Position numbers and translations under genes: made by a program. The notes beneath the pieces are model-generated. The model searched no databases and was not told where the DNA came from. It saw nothing but the letters and a program-made list of their open reading frames with translations. DNA of 64,000 nucleotides from IMG/VR virus record IMGVR_UViG_3300042261_001312, positions 124,001 through 188,000 of that record. One strand, given 5' to 3'. Shown here in pieces: positions 49,379-60,061 of the stretch. The stretch's first letter is position 1. Each line of letters starts with the position of its first letter.

Positions 49379-49795
49379 ATGAGTTATTCATTTGACATTT
49401 ATGGATGGTATTCCGAAGAAGAAATAGTTGGAAGAACCACAAAAATTGCTCCACCACCATGTGGTGAAAAAGTTGTAGGAGAACCTTATCCTAATTTTAC
49501 TGGATATGATTGGATGTTATTACCTTACGTTGAACCAATTCCACCTGAACCTGCAATGCTAAAAGTATTAACACCACTACAATTCTTAAATAGATTTACT
49601 GATGATGAAGCAAAAGCAATATTGGCATTGTCGAAAACAAATCCTGATGTGGAACTTTGGTGGATTAAATATAATAAAGCATTGGATATTGATTTAACTG
49701 ATTCGCAGACAATTAGTGGAGTTCGAGCACTTGAATTATTAGGTGTTATTGCGCAAGGTCGTGCCAACGAAATATTAAAAGTATTTCCTGCATAA
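49379..49795 (+). CDS. Tail-fibre assembly/chaperone-like protein
   Basis: TPLQFLNRFT.DE...IDLTD.QT.SGV..L...GRANEIL pattern, in fibre context. Confidence 0.55.
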   Translation: MSYSFDIYGWYSEEEIVGRTTKIAPPPCGEKVVGEPYPNFTGYDWMLLPYVEPIPPEPAMLKVLTPLQFLNRFTDDEAKAILALSKTNPDVELWWIKYNKALDIDLTDSQTISGVRALELLGVIAQGRANEILKVFPA

Positions 49796-49897
49796 TGAAT
49801 GTGTGTTGATAAAAATTAATGATGCATTTAATACTTAATTGATATCAGCCAGTATTTATGTAAAAATAATAACAATAAAAACAATAAAAAAATAAAG

Positions 49898-50185
49898 ATG
49901 GGATTAATTAGCAGTTACTATAACAGACAGTTTGACCTTACCATTACTGATTGTTATTGGAAAATAGAACCTATTGATGGTATTATTGGCGGTAAAGAAA
50001 ATCTAAGAGTAAGAATAAGTTGCTATAAAAATAAGGATGTTGCTGATAGTAGTAATAATATTTATAAGTATAGTGATTTTATTTTTCAATTTGTACCTGA
50101 TTTAAATTCTACTTATAACTTCATTGCACAAGCATATATTTTTGCAAAATCATTACCTGAATTTAGTGATGCTGTTGATGCGTAA
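49898..50185 (+). CDS. Small fibre-associated hypothetical protein
   Basis: 95 aa ending QAY.FAK.LPEF.DAVD; promoter motif upstream. Confidence 0.6.
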   Translation: MGLISSYYNRQFDLTITDCYWKIEPIDGIIGGKENLRVRISCYKNKDVADSSNNIYKYSDFIFQFVPDLNSTYNFIAQAYIFAKSLPEFSDAVDA

Positions 50186-50223
50186 TTAACATCAATCAGT
50201 ATTTATATTAAAAAATTTACATC

Positions 50224-50469
50224 ATGTTAGAAAGTACAGACATAAATGTTCAAAACCCTAAATTTGAACCAGTAACATTAATTCATACGTATTCAGAAAC
50301 TGAATATTATATAGGCGTTTCAAATAACGGTCATGATACCAGCAGAGAAATTTGGCAAATAAAAAAAATGTCTAAAGTTGGTGATGTTTGGTATGTAACT
50401 CAATTTCCAAACGGAAGCCAATTGTTTAATTATGTTTGGGATAATAGATTGATATATACGTATATATAA
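50224..50469 (+). CDS. Small hypothetical virion protein
   Basis: 81 aa; promoter motif at 50199. Confidence 0.6.
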   Translation: MLESTDINVQNPKFEPVTLIHTYSETEYYIGVSNNGHDTSREIWQIKKMSKVGDVWYVTQFPNGSQLFNYVWDNRLIYTYI

Positions 50470-50579
50470 AATGAAATAATTATTGATATTTTAAAGGATG
50501 AAAATTTTTCATCCTTTTTTTATTTGTTGTATTAATTAAAAACTTTCTTGTATTTATTATAAACACTAAAACATAATTT

Positions 50580-53500
50580 ATGGGAATATTTGCACTTGAT
50601 ATATTAACTGGACAACAATATTTGTTCAGCGGCAATTTTAGTAGTGGTTCGACTACTGGAATTCAAACTGCTTGTAATGGTCTAACTTCTTCTGGCACAA
50701 ATGTAAAACTAGGTGGTCAATTAACTGAGGATACAAATATTTATGGTGCGTATACTCTAAATATAGGCAATTGTGCATTTTTAAGCACAAACACTGGTTA
50801 TCAAATAAGCGGATGTACTATACTTACGCTATCATCTAATAATGCATCAAACATATATGTTGGGGAACGTGCTGGTTTACTTGCAAAAATTACTAATGGT
50901 TGTAATAATAACGCTATTGGGTATCAAGCACTTTTTAATAATACAGATGGCTCGGATAATGTCGGAATTGGTTTCAATTCTTTATATTGGAATAAATATG
51001 GGTGCGACAATGTTGCATTGGGTCAGCAAACACTTTCAAACAATACTTGTGGTTGTTTTAATAACGCAGTTGGTCACGGTTCGTTGATATTGAATACCAG
51101 TGGTTGTTTTAACGCTGCAATGGGATATCGTGCACTTTACTATAATTGCGGGGGTAATAATAATATTGCAATTGGTTGCAATGCTGCCTTTTCAAATGTA
51201 AGTGGCTCAAGTAGTGTGTTTATTGGCAATTGTGCGGGTTATGACGAAACAAAATCAAATAGACTTTATATAGCAAATAATGCAACAAGTTCATTAATTT
51301 ATGGTGAATTTGACAATAAATTATTGAAAGTCAACGGAGCATTAACGGTTACTGGAATCACTTGTTTAAGTGGTCTACCTGCAAAAACAAGTGAAACAAA
51401 CATTGTTTATATAAATGCTGCAGGTAAGTTAAGTTGCGGTGCTACAAGTAGTGGAGGAATTTCAACAGCGAATAATGGCTTAAATGTTGTTGGTACTAAT
51501 GTTCGTTTGGGTGGTGCATTAACTGGAAATACAACTATTACTGGTGCATATACTTTGAATGTTTGTAATAGTGCAAAATTAAATACTGCATGTGGTTATC
51601 AAATAAGTGGAAATACTATATTGAGAACATCGCCAAATGTAATAAGCAGTGTTTATATCGGTTGTTGTGCGGGTAATAACACCTCAACTGGAACAAATAA
51701 TTTTGTGGCTGGTTTTGGTTCTTTAAGTGGAAATACGACGGGTTGTAATAATATTGCAATTGGTTGTAATGCACTTTCAAAAAATACTGTGGGTTGTAAT
51801 AATATTGCAGGTGGTTTTGGTTCTCTTTATTTAAACACGGGTGGAACAAATAATATCGCTTTAGGTTCTAAAGCACTTTACTGTAATACTAATGGTTGTG
51901 GCTTAATTGCAATTGGTTACCAAGCATTATATAATAACAAATATGTAAATGCTTCATGTAATGGAAAATATAATACCGCAATTGGACATGGTGCACTGAG
52001 TGGTAGTACCATTGGTTGTGGCAATACTGCAATTGGTTATGGAGTTTTAACTGGAAATACGTGTGGACATAATAACACTGGAATTGGGTATAAATCACTT
52101 CAAAAAAATACGTGTGGTTGTAATAATACCGCAATAGGAAATACTGCACTCCAAAAAAATACTAGCGGTTCTAATAATATTGCAATAGGGTGTCAAACAC
52201 TTTATTGTAATGAGAATGGTACTAGTAATTTTGCCGCAGGCTATAGAACACTTTATAATAATTGTTTTAACTATAATATTGGAATTGGTGAATATACCTT
52301 ATATCAAAATATATGGGGTAGTGGTAATGTTGGAATCGGTGGTTATGCTTTACTTGGTAACTATGTTGGAAATAATAACATAGGAATTGGAACTCAAACG
52401 CTTTATAATAATTATAATGGTTCTAATAACGTCGCTTTAGGTTATGGCTCACTTCAAAATAGTTATTGTGGTTGTGATAATATAGCATTGGGATGTAGCG
52501 CACTTTTTGGAAATGCTTATGGTTGTTCCAATATTGTTTTAGGATATAATGCATTGTACACCAATTGTTCTGGGTGTGATAATATTGCCAGTGGCAATCA
52601 AGTACTTTATTATAATGTTACTGGATGTAGTAATATTGCATTGGGTGCATATGCTGGTTACCTTAATGTTGGTAGTGGAAATACATTTATCGGTAATAAT
52701 GCTGGTTATTCGGAGACTGGTTCAAGTAAATTATATATTGCGAATTCATCTGGAAACACATTGATTTATGGTGAATTCAATAATAAGATGGTTAAGGTTG
52801 ATGGTTGTGTATGTATAACCAAACTACCACCTAAAACAGTAGAAACTAATATAATATATATCGATGATGTAGGTAAATTAAGTTCAGGCGCTACAAGCGG
52901 TGGTGGTGGTGGAATTGGTTGGTCAAATCTAACATATGGTTCAACTGTTGCTGGTTGTGGAACAATTGCAAGCGGTACTTCATGCAATAATACGTATTAC
53001 GGCGTTAGTGCTGGAACTGCAACAACTACTGGTTGTAATAATGTGGCAATCGGTAGTGGTGCATTAAATAGTAATACATGTGGTTATAATAATGTGGCAA
53101 TCGGTAGTGGTGCATTATGTAGTAATACCACTGGTTATAATAATGTGGCAATCGGTAGTGGTGCATTAAATAGTAATACATGTGGTTATGATAATATTGC
53201 CCAAGGATATCAGGCACTTTACAACACAATTGATGGTTTTCATAATATTGCCCAAGGTTATCAGGCATTATATAATAATACGTTTGGTACAGATAATATT
53301 GCCCAAGGTTATCAGGCATTATATAATAATACGTATGGTACATATAATTTTGCTGCAGGTAATCAAGCATTATTGTGCAACACGTCGGGTAATTTTAATA
53401 CTGCAATTGGATATCAAGCACTTCTTGTAAATACAACTGGCTGTTATAATATTGCTATTGGTAGACAAACGCTTGCAAGCAATACTTGTGGTAATTATAA

Positions 53501-54230
53501 TACTGCATTAGGCTATTCTACGTTGGTGAATAATACCAGTGGTTGTTATAACATAGCCAATGGTTATTCTGCATTAAATGGCAATTCAACTGGTTGTTAT
53601 AATATAGCCAATGGCTATTATGCGTTAAGATGTAATAGCAGTGGTAAGTATAATATAGCCAATGGTTATTGTTCGTTACATACTAATTTAACTGGTTCTG
53701 GTAATACTGCCAGTGGACATTATTCACTTAAAGCAAATTCAAGTGGCTGTAATAATATTGCAATTGGTACATGTGCTGGTTTTAACATCACTACTGGTTC
53801 AAATAATGTGGCAATTGGTAATATTGCTGGTGTTGAAGCGGCTGTTAAAAATATTACAACAGAATCAAATCAAGTTGTAATTGGTAATAATTCAACAACA
53901 AATGCATTTATAAAAGTTGCATGGACTACAGGTTCTGATGCAAGAGATAAAATATGCTTTAACGACATTAATCATGGATTGAATTTTGTAAATCAACTTA
54001 AACCAGTTTCATTTTATTTTAGAGAGTGTCGTGAAAGCGAAATACCTTATGGTAGTTTAAGATATGGATTTAAAGCACAAGATGTTTTGGAATTGGAGGG
54101 AACTAGTCCAGTAATTGTAAACAATTGTGATTCTGATTATTTAAAATTGAACGAAACATATTTAATACCAATATTAGTTAATGCAATCAAAGAATTGAAA
54201 GCAGAAATCGAAATTTTGAAAAATAAATAA
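50580..54230 (+). CDS. Tail fibre with three 17-aa repeat blocks and C-terminal intramolecular chaperone (peptidase S74-like)
   Basis: SDARDK...LKPVSF..YGFKAQDV...LIPILVNAIKEL C-terminus; repeat blocks separated by LYIANS..LIYGEFDNK connectors. Confidence 0.85.
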   Translation: MGIFALDILTGQQYLFSGNFSSGSTTGIQTACNGLTSSGTNVKLGGQLTEDTNIYGAYTLNIGNCAFLSTNTGYQISGCTILTLSSNNASNIYVGERAGLLAKITNGCNNNAIGYQALFNNTDGSDNVGIGFNSLYWNKYGCDNVALGQQTLSNNTCGCFNNAVGHGSLILNTSGCFNAAMGYRALYYNCGGNNNIAIGCNAAFSNVSGSSSVFIGNCAGYDETKSNRLYIANNATSSLIYGEFDNKLLKVNGALTVTGITCLSGLPAKTSETNIVYINAAGKLSCGATSSGGISTANNGLNVVGTNVRLGGALTGNTTITGAYTLNVCNSAKLNTACGYQISGNTILRTSPNVISSVYIGCCAGNNTSTGTNNFVAGFGSLSGNTTGCNNIAIGCNALSKNTVGCNNIAGGFGSLYLNTGGTNNIALGSKALYCNTNGCGLIAIGYQALYNNKYVNASCNGKYNTAIGHGALSGSTIGCGNTAIGYGVLTGNTCGHNNTGIGYKSLQKNTCGCNNTAIGNTALQKNTSGSNNIAIGCQTLYCNENGTSNFAAGYRTLYNNCFNYNIGIGEYTLYQNIWGSGNVGIGGYALLGNYVGNNNIGIGTQTLYNNYNGSNNVALGYGSLQNSYCGCDNIALGCSALFGNAYGCSNIVLGYNALYTNCSGCDNIASGNQVLYYNVTGCSNIALGAYAGYLNVGSGNTFIGNNAGYSETGSSKLYIANSSGNTLIYGEFNNKMVKVDGCVCITKLPPKTVETNIIYIDDVGKLSSGATSGGGGGIGWSNLTYGSTVAGCGTIASGTSCNNTYYGVSAGTATTTGCNNVAIGSGALNSNTCGYNNVAIGSGALCSNTTGYNNVAIGSGALNSNTCGYDNIAQGYQALYNTIDGFHNIAQGYQALYNNTFGTDNIAQGYQALYNNTYGTYNFAAGNQALLCNTSGNFNTAIGYQALLVNTTGCYNIAIGRQTLASNTCGNYNTALGYSTLVNNTSGCYNIANGYSALNGNSTGCYNIANGYYALRCNSSGKYNIANGYCSLHTNLTGSGNTASGHYSLKANSSGCNNIAIGTCAGFNITTGSNNVAIGNIAGVEAAVKNITTESNQVVIGNNSTTNAFIKVAWTTGSDARDKICFNDINHGLNFVNQLKPVSFYFRECRESEIPYGSLRYGFKAQDVLELEGTSPVIVNNCDSDYLKLNETYLIPILVNAIKELKAEIEILKNK
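53037..53342 (+). repeat. Six tandem 51-bp units (two near-identical triplets)
   Basis: Units at 53037 and 53139 are identical over 51 bp; units at 53241 and 53292 differ at 2 positions. Confidence 0.9.
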
Positions 54231-54245
54231 AAAAATTAAGATGAT

Positions 54246-57200
54246 ATGGCAACATTTACAATTGATTTATTAACAGGTCTACCATATTTATTTAATAATA
54301 ATTTTAGCGGAGGTACAACATCGGGTACAACGTATCCTCAAGTAGCACAATATATTGATCTACCCTCACCTGCTTCGTCATATGCTGGCGATATTTATGT
54401 TGTCAGACAACCATATGGGACTTATATGACGGGAATTAAAGATGCTGGACTATATTGGTCAAATAATATTAACTGGGTTAGGCTCGGTGATATTACGGCG
54501 TATTTTAATTCGGATAATTTTCAAGTATTTGATGATACTGATAATACAAAGGGACTTAAATTTATTACTTCTGGATTTACTGGAGGAGCAACTCGTTATG
54601 CAACATTTAAGGATAAAAATGGTGTAGTTGTATATCAGGAAGAAATCAACACATATACAGGAACAACTGCCCCAAATACGTTTTTACGTTTAAATCAAAC
54701 TTCTCCTCAAAAAGTTTTTGGTGGAACTCCGATATTTCCATCAATACAATATAATCTAACAGGTGCAACCGCAACCGCAGTTGGTAAATTACAATGGAGT
54801 CCAGATGACTTAACGCTTGAATTTGGGGTAAATTCTGATGTTACACTACAAATTGGGCAAGAAGAAATTGTTCGTGTTGTTAACAAATCGGGTGCACCAA
54901 TGCATAATGGTCAATTGGTGGTTATTAGTGGTGCTAGTGGTAATAAACCAGCAGTTGTTTTAGCCAATGCAAGTAACAAAGATACTGCATTTAAGAAAAT
55001 ATTAATGCTAACCCAAGATATTGGTAATAATAACAATGGCTTTGCCACATCTAGCGGTTTGGTTCATGGATTGAATACGTTCGCATATAGTGCAGGAACT
55101 CGCTTATATTTAAGTACCACTGGTGGGAGTTGGACAAATGTTCCACCACCAGCACCCGCATATACAGTGCCAGTTGCGGTGGTAACATATGAACATATAA
55201 ATCAGGGTGTTGTGCTGGTATTTACAGGCATTTCACCACTTCCTAGATTGGAAGACTTGAGTGATGTTAACGGAACACCACTAACTTCAAGTGGACAATT
55301 TCCAATTTGGAATAATGTTAATAAATATTTTGATTTTACCGCTAACATCAATGATTATGTTCCATATTCAGCATATACTGGCTTACAGGGTGTTACTGAA
55401 GTTGGTGCAAGTACAAATATTGAATCAACATTTAATAGTGGTTTGGTAACAAATAAAATTAGACCAACTGGTGATACGATAAATGCACTTCAGGTTACAA
55501 AAGCAAATGGTACTACTGCAGTGATAAATGTTGATACTGTTAGTGGTTTTACTGGTTTTGGAACGACAACCCCAGATACGCTTATTAACATATATGGTAC
55601 TGACATAAAGGATTCGAATCCCGATTTAATCCAAACCAATGCGTTGCGTATAGATGGTTTGGTTGCATCAGATAAAGAAATTCAATGGGTGGATAATAAT
55701 ACTGTGAATTGGGTGGCAGGTACGTATAGAAATGAAAATGCAAGATATTGGTATTTATATAATCAAGATACTGGTACTGTGCCAATTGTGGCTTCTTCTG
55801 GTGGTAGAATTGGTATAAATAGTCCTTCAAATATTGTTGATTATCATCCCTTCTTGATTTCAGGTGGAACAGATGATTTAAAATTAAGTGGTACATATGA
55901 TAAATATTTTACATCATTGTTTCAAGTAAAAATTAATAGCATTGGTGTAACAGATACTTTTATTTGGAGGGTTTCCTATGATAAGGGAGTTAATTATGGG
56001 TCTTGGTCATCTTCTAATCCATGTACTACAGGAATTACATTATTGGAAAGTGGCGTTTACGTTACATTTGAAAATGTCAGTGGTCATATTTTAAATACTA
56101 TGTGGGGTTTTGCGGCATTTTCGCAATTACCTACTGCATCACTTACAGTACATCCAAATGGATTTAATGAAATATTATTGAATCCAGATTATACTTTAAA
56201 TGTTGACAACTATATTGATGAAACGGGTACTTTAAGTACATCTGATAATGATATGTTTATGCCAATATTTAACGCTGGAAATACAAATGCCGCATTATAT
56301 GTGGGTTCTTTGCTTAAATTTAACACTACCTTTTTTCATTTACATTCGTATGGTGCTGGTATAACGTTAATTACTGAGTATTGGAATGGCAGTTCGTGGG
56401 TGGACATTTCGATTGGAAATCCATTCTATCTTGATGGAACAAATGATTTAACAAAAAATGGCAACATTTCATGGAATAGTTCATCAATGAGTGGTTGGAT
56501 TAAGGCATATTTACCAAATAGAATTGAAGAAGGATATGATTTGTATTGGGTTCGTTTTAGAACTGCAAGCATTCCATCAGCAATTCCATATGTGCAAAGT
56601 GTGATGTTGAATGGTGATAAACGAATTTCAATATTTAGTGCAGAATTAGATTACAATTCAAAATTTTTTGTTGATGCTATTGGTAGGACTAGTATTGGCG
56701 GTGGCACAATTACTGGTAATAATGTGTTGCAAATTAGTGAAAATATAACAACATTAGACGTAGTGGGTGCATCCCCAAGTTTAGTTGAAATTGATTCTGT
56801 AAATGCCGATGCGGTTGACCTAAAAATGCGATTAGTTACTGATGATGCGTGTGGTAGTGGCTTTGTAATTGCTAAATCAAGAGGTACTTTAGATTGTTCA
56901 ACAAATGTAATGTATAATGATAAAATTAGTCATATTTGCTCAAGGGCGACAGTAAATAATATAGCCACAACTCTTTCGCAAATTGAAACAATATATAAAG
57001 GTAATGGAACTACCGCTTATGGTGATATGATGATATGTACACCAAATGGTAGCGTATTAACTGAAAAAATAAGAGTGTCTGCAGTTGGTACTGGATTTGG
57101 TGAAATTACACCAACAGCAATAATACATATTCAATCAGGCACAACAACACTTGCCCCATTGAAATTTACGTCAGGAAATTTACTTTCGTCTCCTCAAATA

Positions 57201-59219
57201 GGTGCTGTTGAATTCAATAATGATGCGTGGTATGGTACTATCACAAGTAGTAGTGCAAGAAAAACATTTGCTTTCCTTGAAAGTCCACAATTTACTGGAA
57301 ATGTAAATTTACCGTCAACTACTTGCTTGAATAGTGTTTGTCTTAATGATATCATCGCATATTCAGGTGGTACATTAAATCCGTTAGTGGTAACACATGA
57401 TGAATTTAATCCATATAGTGCAGCGACAGAATCAATTCTTAATGTAATATATAGTGGTGCTACAAATGGTGTCACTAATTATGATGACCACTATATCAAA
57501 CTTGGTGGTACATTAACAGAAAATACTATAATTAGTGCTACAACATATTCATTGAATTTCAAAGGATATCATGTTGATTTGTCAAATGGTGATGGTGATT
57601 TGAAGTTTAGAATAAATAATAATTCTGCAGTTTTCACTGATAGTAGAACTGGAAGCACGGCAGGTATTGAATATGCGAATAATTATCACGCTGGATTTGC
57701 AACCCATTCATTAGTAGATAAGGCATACGTTGATTCGTTGGCTGGTGGTTTGACACCTAAAGAAGCGGTAAATGTAGCAACAACTGGTAATATAAATTTA
57801 TTGAGTGCGCCTGCTAGTATTGATGGTATTACAATGCAATCTGGTTATAGAGTATTGGTAAAAGATCAAACAAGTGGTGCTACTAACGGAATATATGATT
57901 ACAATGGTAGTGGTTCTGCAATGACACGTAGTACAGATTTTGACGGAACACCTAGTGGCGAAGTGGTTCAAAATGCGTATGCTGCAGTGTTAAGCGGCAG
58001 CACTAATTCAAAAACTTCTTGGATATTAGCAACGCCAAATCCGATAACTGTTGGAGTTACATCGTTGTATTTTACATTATATAGTCAGACTTTAGGAATT
58101 CTTGCGGGTAACGGTATAAAAATAACACCAGCAGGTGGAAATAATGTAATCGCAGTTAAATTACCAACTAATTCAGCATTATTGGCTGATGGTTCTGGAC
58201 TATATGTTGATTCAAGCATTGCAGGAAATTCTCTTACTTGGAATAGCGGTGTGATTAATGTTAATATTAGCGGTGGTACGTTAAGTACTGCATTAAATAG
58301 TAAATTAAATACTTCGGAATTTAACACTTATAGTGGTAATACATTAAATGATATAAACAGTAGAGTATTAACATCTACATTTACTGGATATACTGCATCT
58401 ACTGCAAGCAGCCTCAATAGCAAATTAAATACTTCAATATTTAATTACTACACTGGAACAACAGCACCAAATACATATGTTATAATTCCTGTCTATAGTG
58501 GTTATACCGCACAAACAAAAACAATTCTCAACAGTAAAGCATATTTAAGTGGTGCTACATTTACTGGTGCAATATATGCACCAACTGCAACACCAAATAC
58601 AAGTACAAGTCAGGTGGCTACTACTTGTTATGTGGTTAGTCAAGCATCTACAACAACTCCGTTAATGGATAAAACTGCAGCAATTGGTACTTGTTTAACA
58701 TATGCACGTGCAGATCACAGACATCCAAGTAATACATATGGAACTTCAAATGGTCAGGTATTATTCAATTGCAATGGCGCATTAACTGGTTGTACTGGAT
58801 TTTATATGAGTGGTGGTACATTATATGTACCAAATGTAGAAGTTAATGGTGTTGGTAGTTATCATTATGGTGATAGACTCACAACATTGGCAACATCATC
58901 AATAACACCAATTAAATACTATGGATATACGGCAAGTACATTCACAACAGGCACATATCAAATTGATATTAATACTAGACAAGGTAATTTAAGTAATGGA
59001 AAATGTACGGGAGTTCGTTATTTGTGTGATGGTGTTATACAAAGTACGTTTGAAAATGCTGCTTCATTTGGTGGTGCACAATGGAGTGAATTTGTAACAA
59101 GAGACATACTTATAACTGCAGGAACACACTGTATTGACATTCAAATATATGCATTGGGTGGTGGTACTTCATGCGCATGTATGGCTCGTGGTGTCATCAG
59201 GTTGAGAAAAATTTGTTAA
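54246..59219 (+). CDS. Very long tail fibre/spike-like protein
   Basis: 1657 aa. N-terminus MATFTIDLLTG..YLF is like 50580; KEAVNVATT..RVLVKD domain is shared with 38247; beta-rich. Confidence 0.7.
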   Translation: MATFTIDLLTGLPYLFNNNFSGGTTSGTTYPQVAQYIDLPSPASSYAGDIYVVRQPYGTYMTGIKDAGLYWSNNINWVRLGDITAYFNSDNFQVFDDTDNTKGLKFITSGFTGGATRYATFKDKNGVVVYQEEINTYTGTTAPNTFLRLNQTSPQKVFGGTPIFPSIQYNLTGATATAVGKLQWSPDDLTLEFGVNSDVTLQIGQEEIVRVVNKSGAPMHNGQLVVISGASGNKPAVVLANASNKDTAFKKILMLTQDIGNNNNGFATSSGLVHGLNTFAYSAGTRLYLSTTGGSWTNVPPPAPAYTVPVAVVTYEHINQGVVLVFTGISPLPRLEDLSDVNGTPLTSSGQFPIWNNVNKYFDFTANINDYVPYSAYTGLQGVTEVGASTNIESTFNSGLVTNKIRPTGDTINALQVTKANGTTAVINVDTVSGFTGFGTTTPDTLINIYGTDIKDSNPDLIQTNALRIDGLVASDKEIQWVDNNTVNWVAGTYRNENARYWYLYNQDTGTVPIVASSGGRIGINSPSNIVDYHPFLISGGTDDLKLSGTYDKYFTSLFQVKINSIGVTDTFIWRVSYDKGVNYGSWSSSNPCTTGITLLESGVYVTFENVSGHILNTMWGFAAFSQLPTASLTVHPNGFNEILLNPDYTLNVDNYIDETGTLSTSDNDMFMPIFNAGNTNAALYVGSLLKFNTTFFHLHSYGAGITLITEYWNGSSWVDISIGNPFYLDGTNDLTKNGNISWNSSSMSGWIKAYLPNRIEEGYDLYWVRFRTASIPSAIPYVQSVMLNGDKRISIFSAELDYNSKFFVDAIGRTSIGGGTITGNNVLQISENITTLDVVGASPSLVEIDSVNADAVDLKMRLVTDDACGSGFVIAKSRGTLDCSTNVMYNDKISHICSRATVNNIATTLSQIETIYKGNGTTAYGDMMICTPNGSVLTEKIRVSAVGTGFGEITPTAIIHIQSGTTTLAPLKFTSGNLLSSPQIGAVEFNNDAWYGTITSSSARKTFAFLESPQFTGNVNLPSTTCLNSVCLNDIIAYSGGTLNPLVVTHDEFNPYSAATESILNVIYSGATNGVTNYDDHYIKLGGTLTENTIISATTYSLNFKGYHVDLSNGDGDLKFRINNNSAVFTDSRTGSTAGIEYANNYHAGFATHSLVDKAYVDSLAGGLTPKEAVNVATTGNINLLSAPASIDGITMQSGYRVLVKDQTSGATNGIYDYNGSGSAMTRSTDFDGTPSGEVVQNAYAAVLSGSTNSKTSWILATPNPITVGVTSLYFTLYSQTLGILAGNGIKITPAGGNNVIAVKLPTNSALLADGSGLYVDSSIAGNSLTWNSGVINVNISGGTLSTALNSKLNTSEFNTYSGNTLNDINSRVLTSTFTGYTASTASSLNSKLNTSIFNYYTGTTAPNTYVIIPVYSGYTAQTKTILNSKAYLSGATFTGAIYAPTATPNTSTSQVATTCYVVSQASTTTPLMDKTAAIGTCLTYARADHRHPSNTYGTSNGQVLFNCNGALTGCTGFYMSGGTLYVPNVEVNGVGSYHYGDRLTTLATSSITPIKYYGYTASTFTTGTYQIDINTRQGNLSNGKCTGVRYLCDGVIQSTFENAASFGGAQWSEFVTRDILITAGTHCIDIQIYALGGGTSCACMARGVIRLRKIC

Positions 59220-59236
59220 TGGCGTATTTATGGTTA

Positions 59237-59644
59237 ATGAAAGAAGAATTATTTAAATTGATGTTTGGTGAATTTACAACTGCACAGTTGTTGGGATATT
59301 TATGGTTTTTTCTTATTGGTTATATTATATATGGTTTGTCAGAAGTAACTGGAAGGGATATTGATAATCCTAAAACTCCACGAGAATGGAGTTGGAAGTT
59401 CTGGTTTTTAGATAACTGGCGTAGATATTTGACAACAATATTGTGTACGTATGTATTTTTTAGATTTTATAATGAAATAAGTGGACATCCTTTTGGAATA
59501 TTCGATGCGTTGGTTTTGGGAATAACAGGCGATTCGGTAAGTGTTATAATTAAAAAAAGAATCAAATCTTTGGATATGAATCGAGAAGAAATCATGAAGA
59601 CCATCCAAAGAGACAAAAATAATAGTGAAGAAAAAACAGAATAA
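59237..59644 (+). CDS. Small membrane protein, possibly holin
   Basis: Two to three hydrophobic segments and a basic C-tail. ATG 59237 follows GTATTTAT at 59224 (track start 59171). Confidence 0.45.
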   Translation: MKEELFKLMFGEFTTAQLLGYLWFFLIGYIIYGLSEVTGRDIDNPKTPREWSWKFWFLDNWRRYLTTILCTYVFFRFYNEISGHPFGIFDALVLGITGDSVSVIIKKRIKSLDMNREEIMKTIQRDKNNSEEKTE

Positions 59645-60061
59645 ATGAATTACTCTACATTTGACATTAATAACTTTTTTATTAAGAAAGATAGCACTCT
59701 TCCTGAATTGAAATATCCCCTTATTCAGAAAGTTAGAGAACAATATGGCATTACTGACAACATGCTAGAAAATGTGGCAATAACCTTTTCGATGATAGAT
59801 GCAGACACTGGTTTATATCGTATTGCTAACGTAGCAGCAGATTTTGTCGTTAATAATGATAGAGAAAATTATCCAGCAGAAGAACAATATACGCTTGTAT
59901 ATAAATTTAAATTAAAAGATACCAAAAAAGCAGGAAGATTTTTGGCGAGTTTTGTTATTGATTTTCTTGGGCAAGGTGATTGTGGTAAAATTGCATTGCC
60001 TACTAATGGTTATATTAACGTAATAATTTCAGATAGTATTGTTAAGACTACCGTCATTTAA
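59645..60061 (+). CDS. Hypothetical, BppU-N-like structural protein
   Basis: FFIKKDSTLPELKY N-terminal pattern; beta-rich. Confidence 0.45.
   Translation: MNYSTFDINNFFIKKDSTLPELKYPLIQKVREQYGITDNMLENVAITFSMIDADTGLYRIANVAADFVVNNDRENYPAEEQYTLVYKFKLKDTKKAGRFLASFVIDFLGQGDCGKIALPTNGYINVIISDSIVKTTVI

Noticed and set aside
53037-53342. CRISPR-like array
   Set aside because: Units are in-frame 51-bp coding repeats without unique spacers; no cas genes.
37092-59219. Diversity-generating retroelement acting on fibres
   Set aside because: No reverse transcriptase in the window, and I saw no template/variable repeat pair differing only at adenines. Repeat differences include synonymous and non-A changes.
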